Shown one piece after another: positions 1-11,933 of a DNA stretch of 64,000 nucleotides (its first letter is position 1; every line of letters starts with the position of its first letter). The notes beneath the pieces are model-generated. The model had not been told where the DNA came from. It saw only the letters and a list, made by a program, of their open reading frames with translations, and ran no database searches. The position numbers and the translations under genes were made by a program. Origin of the DNA: Thermoanaerobaculia bacterium (GTDB lineage Bacteria; Acidobacteriota; Thermoanaerobaculia; UBA5066); assembly GCA_963816185.1 (NCBI GenBank), contig CAWFJJ010000030.1:1-64000 (forward strand), written 5' to 3'.

Positions 1-695
1 GTATTTGTACGAACGAATTGACTATGACTGAGGTCTGGTCACGCGCTTCCCAGGGGGAGAGAATTTATGACGGCTTCAGCCTTATGAGTAAAGATAAGAT
101 AATATTGGACCTTAGTGAAAGTCTTTGCTCCAATCATATTGGCATATCGACCTATTGCGTTTACCAATGATTCGTGCATGGTATTGACTGTCCAACAGTT
201 ACTTGAAAATCTGGACAGAGCGCAGACTTATTGGCGCCCTCCGGCTCCGGAACGCTTGATTTTAAAGATGTCGGACGAAACGTATCAAGTTTCCAACAAG
301 TTATCATAACCTGGATGGAACGTGAATTATCAGAAGAATGTGGGTTGGATAACAATCAAAAGGGATTGATCCAATCCAAGCTTATAGGCTTTGCGAGGCT
401 CCTAAATCGCGGAGGTAAACCTGAATTTTTTGGGATATCGCTAATAAACGCCCCATCTAATTCATTACGGATTATTAAAAAAGAAGCAATCTTTATTGAC
501 GATTTAAAAAAACACAAAATTAACTTATCAAATTCCGATAATTTAATTTTAACTTTAAAGAATATAGAGAGGGAAAATGAGAAAAAATTTTCGTTCCCTT
601 TATATTTAAATTATAAATTTATGTTGGATTATATCTCTTCGGCGCAGGATTTTCCTTCTTTTATTAACTTTATTAAAAGTGAATTGAATGGGTAG
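1..695 (+). CDS. AT-rich NUDIX-like hypothetical protein, 5'-truncated and frameshifted
   Basis: Joined frames give SNHIGIST-IAFTND...QSADLLAPSGSGTLD...MERELSEECGL...IGFARLLNRGGKPEFFG; RELxEExG resembles a Nudix box; much lower GC than neighbours. Confidence 0.5.
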
Positions 696-1199
696 TTTAA
701 ATTACAAGGCCTATAAATTCTGCCCCAAATGCGGCGGAGCTTTAGAGAAGCGCCTCCTCAAGCCCGGGGAGCCCGAACGCCTGGTGTGTCGCCGCTGCGC
801 TTCGTCTTTTATCTCGACCCCGAGCTGGCGGCCATCGCCGCGGTGCCCCTGGATGGCGGGGTGGTCCTGGTGCGCCGCTCCATCGATCGGGGCTACGGCC
901 TCTGGGTGGTGCCGGGCGGCTTCGTGGACGTGGGGGAACCGGTCGAGGCGGCGGTGGTGCGGGAGACCTTGGAGGCTGCCCGGCTAATGGTGCGGTGGAG
1001 CGCCTCCTCAATGTCTATTCTTACCGGGACAGCACCACCGTGGTGGTGGCTTACCTCACCCAATATCTGGGAGGCGAATTGGCCGCCGGAGATGAATCCC
1101 GCAGGCCGGGTCTTCGCCCCGGCCGAGATCCCCTGGGACTAAATTCCCTTCCGCTCCACCAAGGCGGCCCTGAACGATTACCTGAAGCTCCGTGCTTAA
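688..1199 (+). CDS. NUDIX hydrolase with N-terminal Zn ribbon (frameshifted)
   Basis: FCPKCG...VCRRC, then PGGFVDVGEPVEAAVVRETLE Nudix box across ORFs 688/729/995; ends IPFRSTKAALNDYLKLRA*. Confidence 0.85.
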
Positions 1200-1298
1200 G
1201 GGTTTACCAGTAAAAATTCTTGTGAACAGGCTCACCAGGCAGGTGAGGCCGTAAATGACGAACATGTACAACCCGATTTTTCTGGTTAGGGAGTTCAT
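1197..1298 (-). CDS. Small single-TM peptide (about 33 aa; 3' end uncertain)
   Basis: Strong SD AAGGAGGAG-AAA-ATG; MNSLTRKIGLYMFVIYGLTCLVSLFTRIFTGKP; as written the frame runs on to 1056, antisense to the NUDIX gene. Confidence 0.45.
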
Positions 1299-1672
1299 TT
1301 TCTCCTCCTTTGGCAATAAATCAGGGTTAACTGTGTCTTTAGTCAAATAACCACGCAACGCCCTTCTTGCGGCGGTGATTTTTTCCGGCCGGTTATTGAC
1401 CTTTGAGCCACAGGCGCAGCAAGCTAAGGTAAGTGGCGCTGACGTAAGCCCAATAAAGCATGATACCCAAGGCCATCGGTTCTCTCCTTTACGGCAGAAG
1501 GCGGCAATTTGCGCTTCTTGGCCAATTTTGGTAAGCCCGTGATTTGTATAATTAGACGTGGCTCGGGCCGATTTGTTAAGCCGGCGAGGTTAAGCCGCGA
1601 AAAATCGAGGGATGACTGTAGGGGCGGACCCAAGTGTCCGCCCTGATTTAGGGCTTTTAAAAGGATACGACC

Positions 1673-2225
1673 ATGAACGATTACCGCGCCAGACTGCTGC
1701 GGCTGCTCCGGGAGAAATCCTTCCGCTACAGCCCCGATAAACCCTTCACGCTGGTGTCGGGCCGGGTGAGCCCCTATTACATCGACTGCCGGCCGGTGAC
1801 CCACAACGCCCAGGGCCTTTTCCTGATCGGCGAGATTTTTGGGAACTGCTTCGGGACCTTCAGGTGGCGCCGTGGGGGGCCTCACCATGGGGGCGGACCC
1901 CATCGCCCATGCCATTGCCCTCACCAGCTACCTGAAGGGCCGGCCCATCAACGCCTTTTCGGTGCGCAAAATGACCAAGGAGCACGGCACCGGCGGTCTG
2001 GTGGTGGGGGACGTCAAACCCGGCGATCAGGTGGCGATCCTGGAAGACGTCGTCACCACCGGGGCCTCCACCCTGAAAGCCATCGCCGCGGCCCAAGATT
2101 TCGGCCTCGAGGTGGACCGGGTCCTGATCCTGGTGGACCGGCAGGAAGGGGGCCGGGAGGCGGTGGCCGCGGTCAGCCCCCGGGTGGAGGTGGTCTTTAC
2201 CCTGGAAGCCTTGAAAAATCTTTAG
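1673..2225 (+). CDS. pyrE: Orotate phosphoribosyltransferase (frameshifted)
   Basis: [31 protein letters not shown] motif [11 protein letters not shown]. Confidence 0.92.
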
Positions 2226-2318
2226 GTAATCGGGCTGCAGACTTGCAGGAGGGTTGGCGCATTGCTAACTTATTAATAGGTTAGTAAACTCCCGAAAGGC
2301 GGAGATTAAAGTAAAGCG

Positions 2319-4120
2319 ATGCTCAAGTCCTTTGCCAGTTTGCGGAGTCGCGCCATTTTCCTGGTCCTGCTGGCCATCCTGCCGCTGTTGGCCTTGAGCT
2401 CTATTCCTATTTCAACCAACGGGAGCGGGCCATTCGTGAGGTGCAAAGGGACGAGCTGGTGCGGCCAGAAACCTGGCCACCATCCAGGAGACCCTGATCA
2501 CTAGCACCCGGCAGCTGCTGGCGACCCTGGCCCGACTGCCCCAGGTGCAGCGGCGGGACCGGGACGCCTGCAACGCCTTGTTTACCGAGCTGCTGAAGCA
2601 AAACCCGTATTACGCCGTCATCGGCGGGGGTAGACCCCGACGGCTGGATGTTCGCCTGCGCCCCGGCGGTCTCCAGACCGGTCAACATCGCTGACCGCCT
2701 CTGGTTTCAAAAAGCCATCCAGACCCGGGACTTTTTCGTCGGTGAACCTCTCCTGGGCCGTATCAGCGGCAAGTACGGCATTAATATGTCCTACCCTATT
2801 CTGGGCGACGGGGGCCGGCTCCAAGGGGTGCTCACGGCCGCCTTAGACCTGCATTGGCTGGGAAGCCTGCTGGCCAAGAGCGATTTTCCGCCCGGCACCG
2901 CTATAGGTTTAATCGACGCCACCGGGAAGATTCTTTTCCGTTATCCCGAACCCCTGAAATATATCGGCAGAATGATGCCGGAGGCGCTCATCAAGGCCAA
3001 AACCGACCGGAACGAAGGGGTGGTGGAGGAAGTGGGATTGCCGGGAGATGTGCGTCTCTTCGGTTTCGCCCGGCTGTCGCCCCCCTGGCAGGAGCTGCGT
3101 GTGGCCGTCGGCCTTCCCAAGGGTTGGGCTGTTGACAAGGTTAATCAGGACCTGCGGCGCAACCTCAGCTGGTTGGGACTCGGTGGCGATCTTGGCCCTG
3201 GCCGCGGCCTGGTTCGGCGGCGGGCCTGGTTATGGTGCGGCCGGTGAGGAAATTGCGCCATCTCACCGACCGGCTGGCCCGGGGGATTTGAGCCGCGCCG
3301 GTCCCGCCTACCCGGTGGGGGAACTGGGGCTGCTGGCGCAGGACTTCGACCGCATGGCCGAACGCTGCAGGAGCGGGACGCCGATCTCCAGAAGACCGCC
3401 GCGGAACTGCGGCAGCGGGCCCAGGAGCTGGCCGCCGCCAACCAGGAACTGGAGAATTTCACCTATTCCGTGGCCCACGACCTCCGGGCGCCGCTCCGGG
3501 CCATGGGCGGCTTCGCCCGGATATTGTTGGAGGACTATCCCGATCAGCTCGATGCCGAGGGCCAGAGATACCTGCATATCATTCAGCAGGAAGCCCGCAA
3601 GCTGGGGCAGCTCATCGACGATTTGCTGGCCCTGGCCCGCTTGGGGCGCAAGGAACTGAGCCCGGCCCGCCTCGATCTGGCTGAGCTGGCCCAGGTGGTT
3701 TTTGACGAGTTAAAGGCTGCCTATCCGGAAAGAAACCTGCAAATCGAGGTCCAGCCTCTGCCCGCAGTTCTGGGGGACCGGGTGATGTTCCGCCAGCTCC
3801 TGGCGAACCTGTTGGATAATGCCCTCAAATTCACCCAAAATCGGGACCCCGCCTTGATTCAGGTGAGCGGCTGGAGTGCTGGGCAAGAAAATATCTATTG
3901 TATCAAAGACAACGGCGTCGGGTTCGACATGAGGTATGTGAACAAGTTATTTGAAGTCTTTCAACGGCTGCACTCGGAAGAGGAATATGCCGGGACCGGG
4001 GTGGGGCTGGCCATCGTCAAGCGGGTCATTGACCGCCATGGGGGCCGGGTGTGGGCTGAAAGCCAGCTTGGCGAAGGCGCCACTATCTGTTTTGCCCTCC
4101 CCCAGAGAGAAGAGGCTTGA
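2319..4120 (+). CDS. Sensor histidine kinase, Cache-HAMP-HisKA-HATPase (frameshifted)
   Basis: TM, Cache-like region (NIADRLWFQKA), HAMP GELGLLAQDFDRMA, H-box HDLRAPL, NLLDNALKF, DNGVG, GTGVGL. Confidence 0.9.
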
Positions 4121-4219
4121 ATTTTATCATCAATTCCCCTATCATCCAATGACAAGTTCAAGGTTCAAAGCTCCAGGTTATCAAGTAAAATTCGGGATTC
4201 TTTTTAAAAGGGAAGCATC

Positions 4220-4654
4220 ATGGAATATAAGGATGTGGATATTTTGCTGGTGGAAGACAACCCCAATGACGTGGAACTCACCCTCAGGGCCTTGAAGAAA
4301 CACAACCTGGCCAACCAGGTGCACGTGGCCCGGGACGGGCAAGAGGCCCTGGACTTCATGTTCGGCGCCGGTCCCCTCGCCGAAAACAAATGCAATCGCC
4401 TGAAGGTGATCCTCCTGGACCTGAAGCTTCCCAAGGTGAGCGGTTTAGAGGTGCTGAAAAAATTAAAGAGCGATGCGCGCTGCAAAACCGTGCCGGTGGT
4501 GGTGCTGACGTCGTCCCAGGAAGACCAGGACATCCAGGAGTGCTACAAGCTCGGGGTGAACAGCTACGTGGTCAAGCCGGTGGAATTCGAGGCCTTCGCC
4601 AAGACCGTGGCGGATCTGGGACTATACTGGATGCTGGTGAACAAACCGGCGTAG
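4220..4654 (+). CDS. Single-domain response regulator (Rcp-like)
   Basis: [26 protein letters not shown]. Confidence 0.93.
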   Translation: MEYKDVDILLVEDNPNDVELTLRALKKHNLANQVHVARDGQEALDFMFGAGPLAENKCNRLKVILLDLKLPKVSGLEVLKKLKSDARCKTVPVVVLTSSQEDQDIQECYKLGVNSYVVKPVEFEAFAKTVADLGLYWMLVNKPA

Positions 4655-4727
4655 CCGGGTCTGGAGTAGGGGGGCAGCGTGCCGCGGTGCCCTCGATTGA
4701 TCTCTGCCATAAAACCCCATCACTTCA

Positions 4728-4990
4728 TTAATCCGACCTCTTTGAAGCGCCCGGCTCGCCGACCATAAAGGCCGTGGACCGCAGGCCGACCAGCGGCCAC
4801 AGCCCCAGGCGCCACCAGGAGGCCGCCGGCTGGAGAGCATCAGGCCCAGGCAGACCAGGGTTCCCAGGGCGGCGATGGTATTCCCCAGGGGCACCGGCCG
4901 GGGATGCAGGGCCTCGGGCCATCCCCGATGACACAGGTCTAACCGGGTGAGGCTGCGGCGCAAGACCGGAGCCCCACCTTCCCAGGCATC
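4728..4990 (-). pseudogene. Internally deleted APC amino-acid permease remnant
   Basis: N-terminal LRRSLTRLDL joined to a C-terminal VPLGNTIAALGTLVCLGLML/QPAASWWRLGLW motif of AA_permease_C type. Confidence 0.5.
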
Positions 4991-5062
4991 GCCGTGGGTC
5001 GCTTGCTTCGCCCCGGGGACCGGCTTCAAGGCCGCCGGAATGCCCCCGGCCTTGACTTCTGC

Positions 5063-5671
5063 TCAGAAATCTACGGCCTCGGCGCTAATTTGCAGCTTGG
5101 CGAGCCCGACCGGCCCGGGCGGCAGGCTCACCACCCCGGTGACAGTCAGTGGTTGGCTAATGGGGATGGAGGTGAGGCGCGCCACCTGTTTGGGGTCGGA
5201 GAGCTTGCCGAAGAGCACCTCCACCATGCCCTGCGGTGACTTGAGCATCACGGATTTGTGGTTAACCAGCACCGGCCCCGCCTCCCCCTTGACCGTCACC
5301 CGGGCGCCCAGGTATTGGTCCTTGCTGGCCAGAAGCTGGCTGACCGTCAGAGGCTCCGGTGCGGCGGGCGGTTGGAACTGTGGCGGCTGCGGCGGCGGGG
5401 CGACGGCTTCCGGCAGGAGCGCCGCCGGCTTTTTTAAGACCATCAGCAGGGCCTGCTGACTGACCTCCAATTTGTCGACCTTCTCTCCCAGGGCCTTGAC
5501 TTCTTTTTTGAGGTCCTTGATCTCCCCGCGCAATTCTTCGTCGGCTTGGTTACTTGGAGAGCAGGAGGGGATTAATAATAGGATAATCAGGAGAGTAACG
5601 AGCTTCACCCCAAGGCCGGCGCCTGGAGTTCCCAATCCCTTGCGTTGATCCATAGTTTTCTCGGGTCTCAA
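5063..5671 (-). CDS. Lipoprotein with coiled coil, Pro linker and OB-fold-like C-terminus
   Basis: LLIPSC lipobox-like site, heptad region, GARVTVKGE...PLTVTGVV. Confidence 0.65.
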   Translation of the reverse strand: MRPEKTMDQRKGLGTPGAGLGVKLVTLLIILLLIPSCSPSNQADEELRGEIKDLKKEVKALGEKVDKLEVSQQALLMVLKKPAALLPEAVAPPPQPPQFQPPAAPEPLTVSQLLASKDQYLGARVTVKGEAGPVLVNHKSVMLKSPQGMVEVLFGKLSDPKQVARLTSIPISQPLTVTGVVSLPPGPVGLAKLQISAEAVDF

Positions 5672-5805
5672 TTATTTGGTTTTTGCTGACCGCTACTAGC
5701 TTTTTCATACAGTTAAATGTGGTAGGCTGTCAATCTGGAATTTACCTGGCGGCCCAGGAGAGTTACAATGGGGAACGAAGAATCGGAGGAAGGAGAACAG
5801 CACCT

Positions 5806-6774
5806 ATGGCCCGCATACTGGTAACCGGCGGCGCCGGGTTTATCGGCTCGCATCTGGTGGAACGGCTCCTCGGCCAGGACCATGAAGTCATCTGCCTGGA
5901 TAATTACTTCACCGGCTCCAAGGGCAACCTGGGGCACCTGCGGGACAACCCCCGGCTGGAGTTGATCCGCCACGACGTGGTCAACCCCATTAAGTTGGAG
6001 GTGGACCAGGTCTATCACCTGGCCTGCCCAGCCTCGCCGGTGCACTATCAATATAACCCGGTCAAGACCATCAAGACCAATGTCCTGGGGACCCTCAATA
6101 TGCTGGGGCTGGCCAAAAGGGTCAAGGCCCGCATCCTGCTGGCCTCCACCTCCGAGGTCTACGGCGATCCCCAGGTCCATCCCCAAAAAGAGGCCTACTG
6201 GGGCAACGTCAACTCCATCGGGCTCCGCAGTTGCTACGACGAAGGCAAGCGCGTGGCGGAGACCCTGATGATGGATTACCACCGCCAGAACCGCGTGGAC
6301 ATCCGCCTCCCCCGCATCTTCAATACCTTCGGTCCCCGGATGGCCATCAACGACGGCCGGGTGGTGAGCAACTTCATCGTCCAGGCCCTTACCGGCGGCG
6401 AGATCACCATCTACGGCGAAGGCCAGCAGACCCGGTCCTTCTGCTATGTCTCCGACCTGGTGGAGGCCCTGATGCGCCTGATGAACCGGCCGGAGGTCTT
6501 TGAGCCCGTGAATCTGGGCAACCCGGACGAATTCACCATCATGGAGCTGGCCAATAAGGTCCTGGCCTTGATCGACACCCCTTCGGCCCTCAGCCACCGC
6601 CCCTTGCCCCCCGACGATCCGGGGCGAAGGCGCCCGGACATCACCCGGGCCCAGGAATTATTGGACTGGCAGCCCACCGTGCCGCTGGAGCAGGGACTGC
6701 AGCAGACCATTCCCTATTTTGCCGCGAAGCTCAGAGCAGAGGGCTACCAGGTGGTGGGTAAGATCAAAAATTAG
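5806..6774 (+). CDS. uxs: UDP-glucuronate decarboxylase (SDR family)
   Basis: [41 protein letters not shown]. Confidence 0.93.
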   Translation: MARILVTGGAGFIGSHLVERLLGQDHEVICLDNYFTGSKGNLGHLRDNPRLELIRHDVVNPIKLEVDQVYHLACPASPVHYQYNPVKTIKTNVLGTLNMLGLAKRVKARILLASTSEVYGDPQVHPQKEAYWGNVNSIGLRSCYDEGKRVAETLMMDYHRQNRVDIRLPRIFNTFGPRMAINDGRVVSNFIVQALTGGEITIYGEGQQTRSFCYVSDLVEALMRLMNRPEVFEPVNLGNPDEFTIMELANKVLALIDTPSALSHRPLPPDDPGRRRPDITRAQELLDWQPTVPLEQGLQQTIPYFAAKLRAEGYQVVGKIKN

Positions 6775-6972
6775 CGGTCAGCATCAGCAATCAGCTTTCA
6801 GCTAAGCCCATGGATCTGATTTTGCGCCGTCATTGCAAGCGGCACCCATCTAATCGAACCGGAAAGGCTACTTCTCTTATCCCCTCTCCCCGATGGGGGA
6901 GAAGGTTAGGGTGAGGGGGAAGACAATTTTACTTGACGGTAGGCAAATAACCGATCTTTGGGTTCCGTAAGA

Positions 6973-7637
6973 AATGACAACTCTTACGCCAGTCCATTAA
7001 GTTTCGCCTCATCCCGCTGCTCCTGGTCTTCCTTTTGGTGCTGCTGCCGGCGTGCGGCCAACCGGCCGGTCCGCCCCGGGAGGCCAAAGTGACCCGGGTG
7101 ATCGACGGCGACACCGCCGAGTTGGCAGGCGGCGCCCGGGTGCGGTTTTTAGGGATCGATGCCCCGGAAATGGCCAGAGACGGCCACCCGGCGGATTTTC
7201 TGGCTCAGCAGTCCAAAGATTATGTGGTCGAACTGATCCAGGGCAAGACGGTGCGCCTGGAATATGACCGGGAGCGCTACGACCGCTACGGCCGCCTGCT
7301 GGCCTATCTTTACCTGCCCGACGGCGCCATGGTCAACCTGATGGTGGTGCGCCAGGGCCTGGCCCGGGTCTATTCCCAGGCTCCCAACCTGCGCCACCAG
7401 GAGGCCCTGAACGCCGCCCAGCAGGAGACCATGGCCGCCGGCCGGGGCCTCTGGCAGAAACCCCTGGCGCAGCAGCAAAATGAGACCTATTACCTGGGAA
7501 ATAAGAACAGCCTGCGCCTGCACCGCCCCAACTGCCCTCTGGCCGCCCGCATGAAGCCGGCCAACCGGGTGCGCTTCAACTCCCTCAAAGAAGCCTACTC
7601 CCAGGGCTACAGCCCCTGCCGCAGTTGCAAACCTTAG
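6973..7637 (+). CDS. Thermonuclease (SNase) lipoprotein with C-terminal Ada-type Zn-binding domain (start frameshifted)
   Basis: VIDGDT, VRFLGIDAPE, DRYGRLLAY; HRPNC...PCRSCKP. Confidence 0.88.
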
Positions 7638-7984
7638 CAGCAGTAGCCAGTAGTCAGTTTTCAGTAAAAAGCAGGTGGCGCAGGCGTCTCGCCTGCGGCC
7701 AGAACCCCAGTTGCGCTCCTAACCGTAGGGGCGGGCGCTCACGTATCTCGCCCCATAGCTGGTGAGCGTCGCTTTCTGTTTCAGGGTGCCTTAAACGGCC
7801 CTGTAGGGGCGGCCTCAAGTCGCCCTGCACTGCGCTTCTAATCTGACTCAAATACTGGCCCCAGCCTGCCCCATTTGCTCCAGCCGAACGAAAAGCTGAA
7901 GCCGGGGAAGCCCGGATGGCTATCCAACAAAAGGCGAGGCTCCCAGGCCGAACCTGATTATACCATGAAAACTGAAACCGGTCT

Positions 7985-8495
7985 TTACATCGCCCCTTCA
8001 TGCTCCAGCAGCCAGCGTTTCCTTCCAATCCCGAACTATACCCACCCAGGGAGCCGTCCGCGGCAATCACCCGGTGGCAGGGCACGATGATGGGCACGGG
8101 GTTGCGGCCGTTGGCCTGGCCCACGGCCCGGCAGGCTAAGGGCGAGCCGGCGCGTCGGGCCAATTCTTTATAAGAGATGGCCCGGCCCCGGGGAATCTGC
8201 CGCAGTTCCTGCCAGACCCTTAGTTGAAAAGGCGTGCCCTGGAGGTCCAGAGGCAGGTCGGCAAAGTCCGTGGCCCCTGCGTCGAAATACCGGCTCAGGG
8301 CCTGCTTCGTGGCCTCAATCATGGGCCGCAGCGCCGGTGGGGGAGGGGACCCCGGCGAATTTTCACAACCCTTATCGGCAAAATCCAGGGCCGCCAAGCC
8401 TTTAGCCGTAAAAGTTAGAAGCAGCGCCCCTATGGGGGTGTCTCCAAACAAACGGTCCATTCCTGAGACTTATTTTTCTGCGTTTTAGCTCTCAT
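7985..8495 (-). CDS. ogt: Methylated-DNA-protein-cysteine methyltransferase (frameshifted)
   Basis: GTPFQLRVW, RAVGQANGRNP, PCHRV active site; SD AAGGAG upstream of ATG 8495; ends KRWLLEHEGAM*. Confidence 0.9.
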
Positions 8496-8586
8496 TTGCT
8501 TTCACTCCTTGATGGTTATCTGGCCAATTATGGGGCTTGGGGGAGAGGGCGGCCGCCGTAGGGCTGCTGTCCCACGCACCAAGGTG

Positions 8587-11121
8587 TTATAATTTCTCCA
8601 TATACCTCTTCAGTCGCCAACGCCTGATCCAACGCGTCAGGGAGCCGGCGGGGGCGGCGGCCCTGGCCTGCCGCCAGTTGGGGTTGAAGATCAGCTCCAG
8701 CAGATGTACCGAGGGCCGGCCCGCCGCGGCAAAGCGCGCCCGGCAGGCGGCGCAGTAGGTGATCAGGTCATGCCCGGCCTCCGCCAGGCAAACCTCGGTC
8801 ATCTCCTGGGCCAGGGCGGGGGCCACCGCGGGCACCATACCGCCGGAGCCGCAGCAGAGACTGCGCTCCCTGGAATGGGCCATCTCTTCAAAATCGTGCC
8901 CGGTATCATGCAATAATCGGCGCACCGACTCGTGGATCAGGGGAGCCTGCCGGGCGCCGCAGGCATCGTGGATATTAAAGATTTCCGCCCGGCTCCCGTC
9001 CAGGCCCTTCGGCAGGCCGGTTTCCGCCATTACCTCATAGATGGAGCGCGTCTTGATGCCCGGCAGTAAATCCTGAATGGTGTGGAGGCAGTGGGTGCAG
9101 GCGGCGATGAGTTCCGTGGCCCCCAGTTTTTCCAGCTCACGAGCCACGCCGCCGGCCACCCGTTCCAGCACCTGCCGTTCCCCCAACAACTGGCTGGGCG
9201 CACCGCAACAGTTGAGCAGGATGCCGGTATCGGGGAGCCGCTCCCGCAGGTAGGCATAGGCCGCCTTGACCAGGTGGGGGCTGTGGCCCGGCAGGGCACA
9301 GCCCGGGAAGAAGACCCGGCGGGCCTTGCCGGTGGCCGGGTCCGGCCGGCTCAGGGCAAAGGTGGGGTGCGTCCCCCGGCGCACGTAGTTTTGCACGCCC
9401 TGGTGCGGCGCCAGCGGCGCCTTGCCTTGGGCCACCAGGCGCTCCCGGACCTCCAGACAGGCCTGGCCGAGGTGCAATCCCTGGGGACAAACCGCCTGAC
9501 AGAGGCCGCAGATGTGGCAGGAATAAGGAATGACCGGTTCGGCCTCCCCCCGATCCCCCAGAAGCTGCACCAGCTCTTTTCCGGTGGGGGGGGAGGTGTG
9601 CACAAAGTGCCTTAAAAAGGTGCAGTTGTCGATGCATTGCGAACAACTACAATCGAGGCACCGTTCCGCCTCCTCTCGGGCCGCGGCCGGGCTGAAACCC
9701 TGCTCCACCTCCGCCGAAGGCACTGCCAGACGTTCTTGGGGGTCCAGTTCGGGCATTTCCTGCCGGGGGACCGGAGAGACTCCCGTGGTGTCCACCACCA
9801 GGCCGGTGCTGCGGCTGGTCAGGGGCGGCAGGCTCTCCGGCAATTCCCGGCCTTGCAGGTAAGCCTCGATGGCCAGGGCGGCCCGGCGGCCCGCGGCAAA
9901 GGCAGCCACCGCGGTGCTGGGGCCGGTGTTCAGGTCGCCGCCGGCAAAGACGCCGGAGATGGGGGTGGCCAGGCAAACCGGGTCCGCGTCCAGCTTCGCC
10001 TTTGATGAGGTATCGAACCCCATCCCGGGGCCGAAGAACCGGAAATCCGCGGTCTGACCCACCGCGATGATGACCGTCTCTACCTCCAGGGTATGCTCAG
10101 ATCCTGCTACCGGAACGGCGCGGGGCCGCCCCTTGGCATCCGGTTCCCCCAACTCGGCCTTCCGGGACATTAGCCCCCTGACTCGGCCATCTCCCAAAAT
10201 GCGGAACGGCAGGGTGAGGAAGTGGCATTGCACCCCCTCTTGCTGAGCCGCGGCCACCTCCGATGCCAAGGCCGGCATGAGGGCCGCGGTGCGGCGGTAC
10301 AGGATATGGACTTCCCTGGCGCCCAGCCTTCGGGCGGTGCGGGCCGCGTCCAGTGCGGTATCACCCCCGCCGATAACCGCCACCCGCGGGCCGATCTCCG
10401 GGGGGGCGCCGGAGTTGACCGTTTTCAGAAAATCCAGGCCGTACCAGACTCCGGAAAGTTGTTCGCCGGCCGCCTCCAGGAGCAGGCTCTTGTGGCAGCC
10501 CACCGCCAGGAAGACCGCGGCGAAGTCCCGACGCAGCTCCTCCAGTTGGACGTCCCGTCCCAGCCGGGTCCGCAGGCGCACCTCGACTCCCAGCTTTTTC
10601 AAGAGGCCGGTCTCCCGGTCCAGGACCTCCCGGGGCAGGCGATAAGCCGGCACATAGAGGCGCAGGGCGCCGCCTAAATGCGCTTCGGCCTCGAACAGGG
10701 TCACCCGGTAGCCTTTGAGCCTGAGCTCATAGGCGGCCATGAGCCCGGCCGGGCCGCCGCCCACCACGGCGACGCCTTCCGGCCTCTCCGGGCCAGGAGT
10801 AACTTGCGGCGCGGCTTCCGGGTTCAGGTCGGACAAATATCTCTTCAGTCCGGCAATGGCAATGGCCCCGCCCAGAGACCCTCGGGTACAGGCGGCCTCG
10901 CAGGGCCGGGCGCAGATGCGTCCGAGAATCCCGGGAAAGGGGCAGCGCTCCAGCACCACCGCCAGGGCCTCGGCCGTCCTGCCTTCCTTCAGGTAACGCA
11001 TCTGGTCCCGCACCCGGATATCCAGGGGACAGGCGGCCTGGCAGGGGGGCGGCTCCTGCCCGATGCACTCCGCCATGATCTTGTCGCGCCTATTCATGGA
11101 CAGATTTTCTTTTTGGGTCAT
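8587..11121 (-). CDS. GltD-like FAD/NAD(P) oxidoreductase fused to 4Fe-4S dicluster and CCG domains
   Basis: PPCQAACP, GRICARPCE, GGGPAG, GGGDTA, CLDCSCSQC, CHICGLCQAVCP, CCG x2. Confidence 0.88.
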   Translation of the reverse strand: MTQKENLSMNRRDKIMAECIGQEPPPCQAACPLDIRVRDQMRYLKEGRTAEALAVVLERCPFPGILGRICARPCEAACTRGSLGGAIAIAGLKRYLSDLNPEAAPQVTPGPERPEGVAVVGGGPAGLMAAYELRLKGYRVTLFEAEAHLGGALRLYVPAYRLPREVLDRETGLLKKLGVEVRLRTRLGRDVQLEELRRDFAAVFLAVGCHKSLLLEAAGEQLSGVWYGLDFLKTVNSGAPPEIGPRVAVIGGGDTALDAARTARRLGAREVHILYRRTAALMPALASEVAAAQQEGVQCHFLTLPFRILGDGRVRGLMSRKAELGEPDAKGRPRAVPVAGSEHTLEVETVIIAVGQTADFRFFGPGMGFDTSSKAKLDADPVCLATPISGVFAGGDLNTGPSTAVAAFAAGRRAALAIEAYLQGRELPESLPPLTSRSTGLVVDTTGVSPVPRQEMPELDPQERLAVPSAEVEQGFSPAAAREEAERCLDCSCSQCIDNCTFLRHFVHTSPPTGKELVQLLGDRGEAEPVIPYSCHICGLCQAVCPQGLHLGQACLEVRERLVAQGKAPLAPHQGVQNYVRRGTHPTFALSRPDPATGKARRVFFPGCALPGHSPHLVKAAYAYLRERLPDTGILLNCCGAPSQLLGERQVLERVAGGVARELEKLGATELIAACTHCLHTIQDLLPGIKTRSIYEVMAETGLPKGLDGSRAEIFNIHDACGARQAPLIHESVRRLLHDTGHDFEEMAHSRERSLCCGSGGMVPAVAPALAQEMTEVCLAEAGHDLITYCAACRARFAAAGRPSVHLLELIFNPNWRQARAAAPAGSLTRWIRRWRLKRYMEKL

Positions 11122-11225
11122 TTGGTCCGGTTTAGCTGGTTGGGATATCTAATGAAAACCCTTGATTGCCGGCGGTAATGGAGAGGCGCCGTAATTGGGA
11201 TATATCTGGGGTCGCCCATCCTGGA

Positions 11226-11789
11226 TCAATCTGGGGCGCCTGTCGGCTCATTGCCGGTAAATTCCTGGATGACATAGCTCTCTTTGCCTTTAATCGAGGC
11301 CCCCACGCCCAGATGGGTAAAAGCGGGGTTGAGGATATTGCTGCGATGGGCCGGGGAACTCATAAAACCGTTGACGATGAGCCGGGCCGCAGTCTCAACC
11401 TCGGAGTAGTCATTTTTCAAACCCATGTGGATATTCTCGCCGGGCTTGCCCCTTTTGCCGGTCCACGCCGGCTCATGCTGATCAAACCGCTCTAACTTCA
11501 TATTACCGGTAGGATCGCTCTGGCTGAAGTAGTGCTTTTTGATCAGATCGTCACCTTTTTCCCGAGCCAAAGTCGTCAGCGCCTTATCCTGATTCACCGG
11601 GGCCAGACCATTTTTGCGGCGAGCCTCATTGGTTAAATGATAGACTCGCTGCTCCAACGCCTTGGGGTGCTCAATGCCGGTTTTTAAGGCCCCCGATTGA
11701 GTTCTGAGTTGCCCCCAGGCTGAGGGCAGATAAAGGAAGATCGCCGCGCTCACCGCCAGTCCCATGGCCCATTTCGAGGTGGACTTCAT
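11226..11789 (-). CDS. CAP/SCP domain secreted protein
   Basis: Signal peptide, TNEARRKNGL, GENI, FMSSPAHRSNIL. Confidence 0.88.
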   Translation of the reverse strand: MKSTSKWAMGLAVSAAIFLYLPSAWGQLRTQSGALKTGIEHPKALEQRVYHLTNEARRKNGLAPVNQDKALTTLAREKGDDLIKKHYFSQSDPTGNMKLERFDQHEPAWTGKRGKPGENIHMGLKNDYSEVETAARLIVNGFMSSPAHRSNILNPAFTHLGVGASIKGKESYVIQEFTGNEPTGAPD

Positions 11790-11933
11790 CCTGTGCCCTC
11801 CGTAGCAGGTATCAAATATAATTATAGCCCCACCGGCGGCGACAATAAAGATTTTTACCAGAGAGCCAGGGGCCAAAATAGCCAGGGCGGTTCGAGAACC
11901 GCCCCGGCACTGCCTGGCATCTGCAAGAGTGCC

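Noticed and set aside
688-4120. Many frameshifts suggesting pseudogenes or programmed frameshifting
   Set aside because: They are spread across unrelated housekeeping genes (pyrE, ogt, mlaE, PKS) with intact motifs, which is typical of long-read indel errors
6973-8495. Split Ada system (Ada Zn domain next to ogt)
   Set aside because: The Ada-like domain is on an exported SNase, which is a common fusion, and the genes are convergent; likely coincidental
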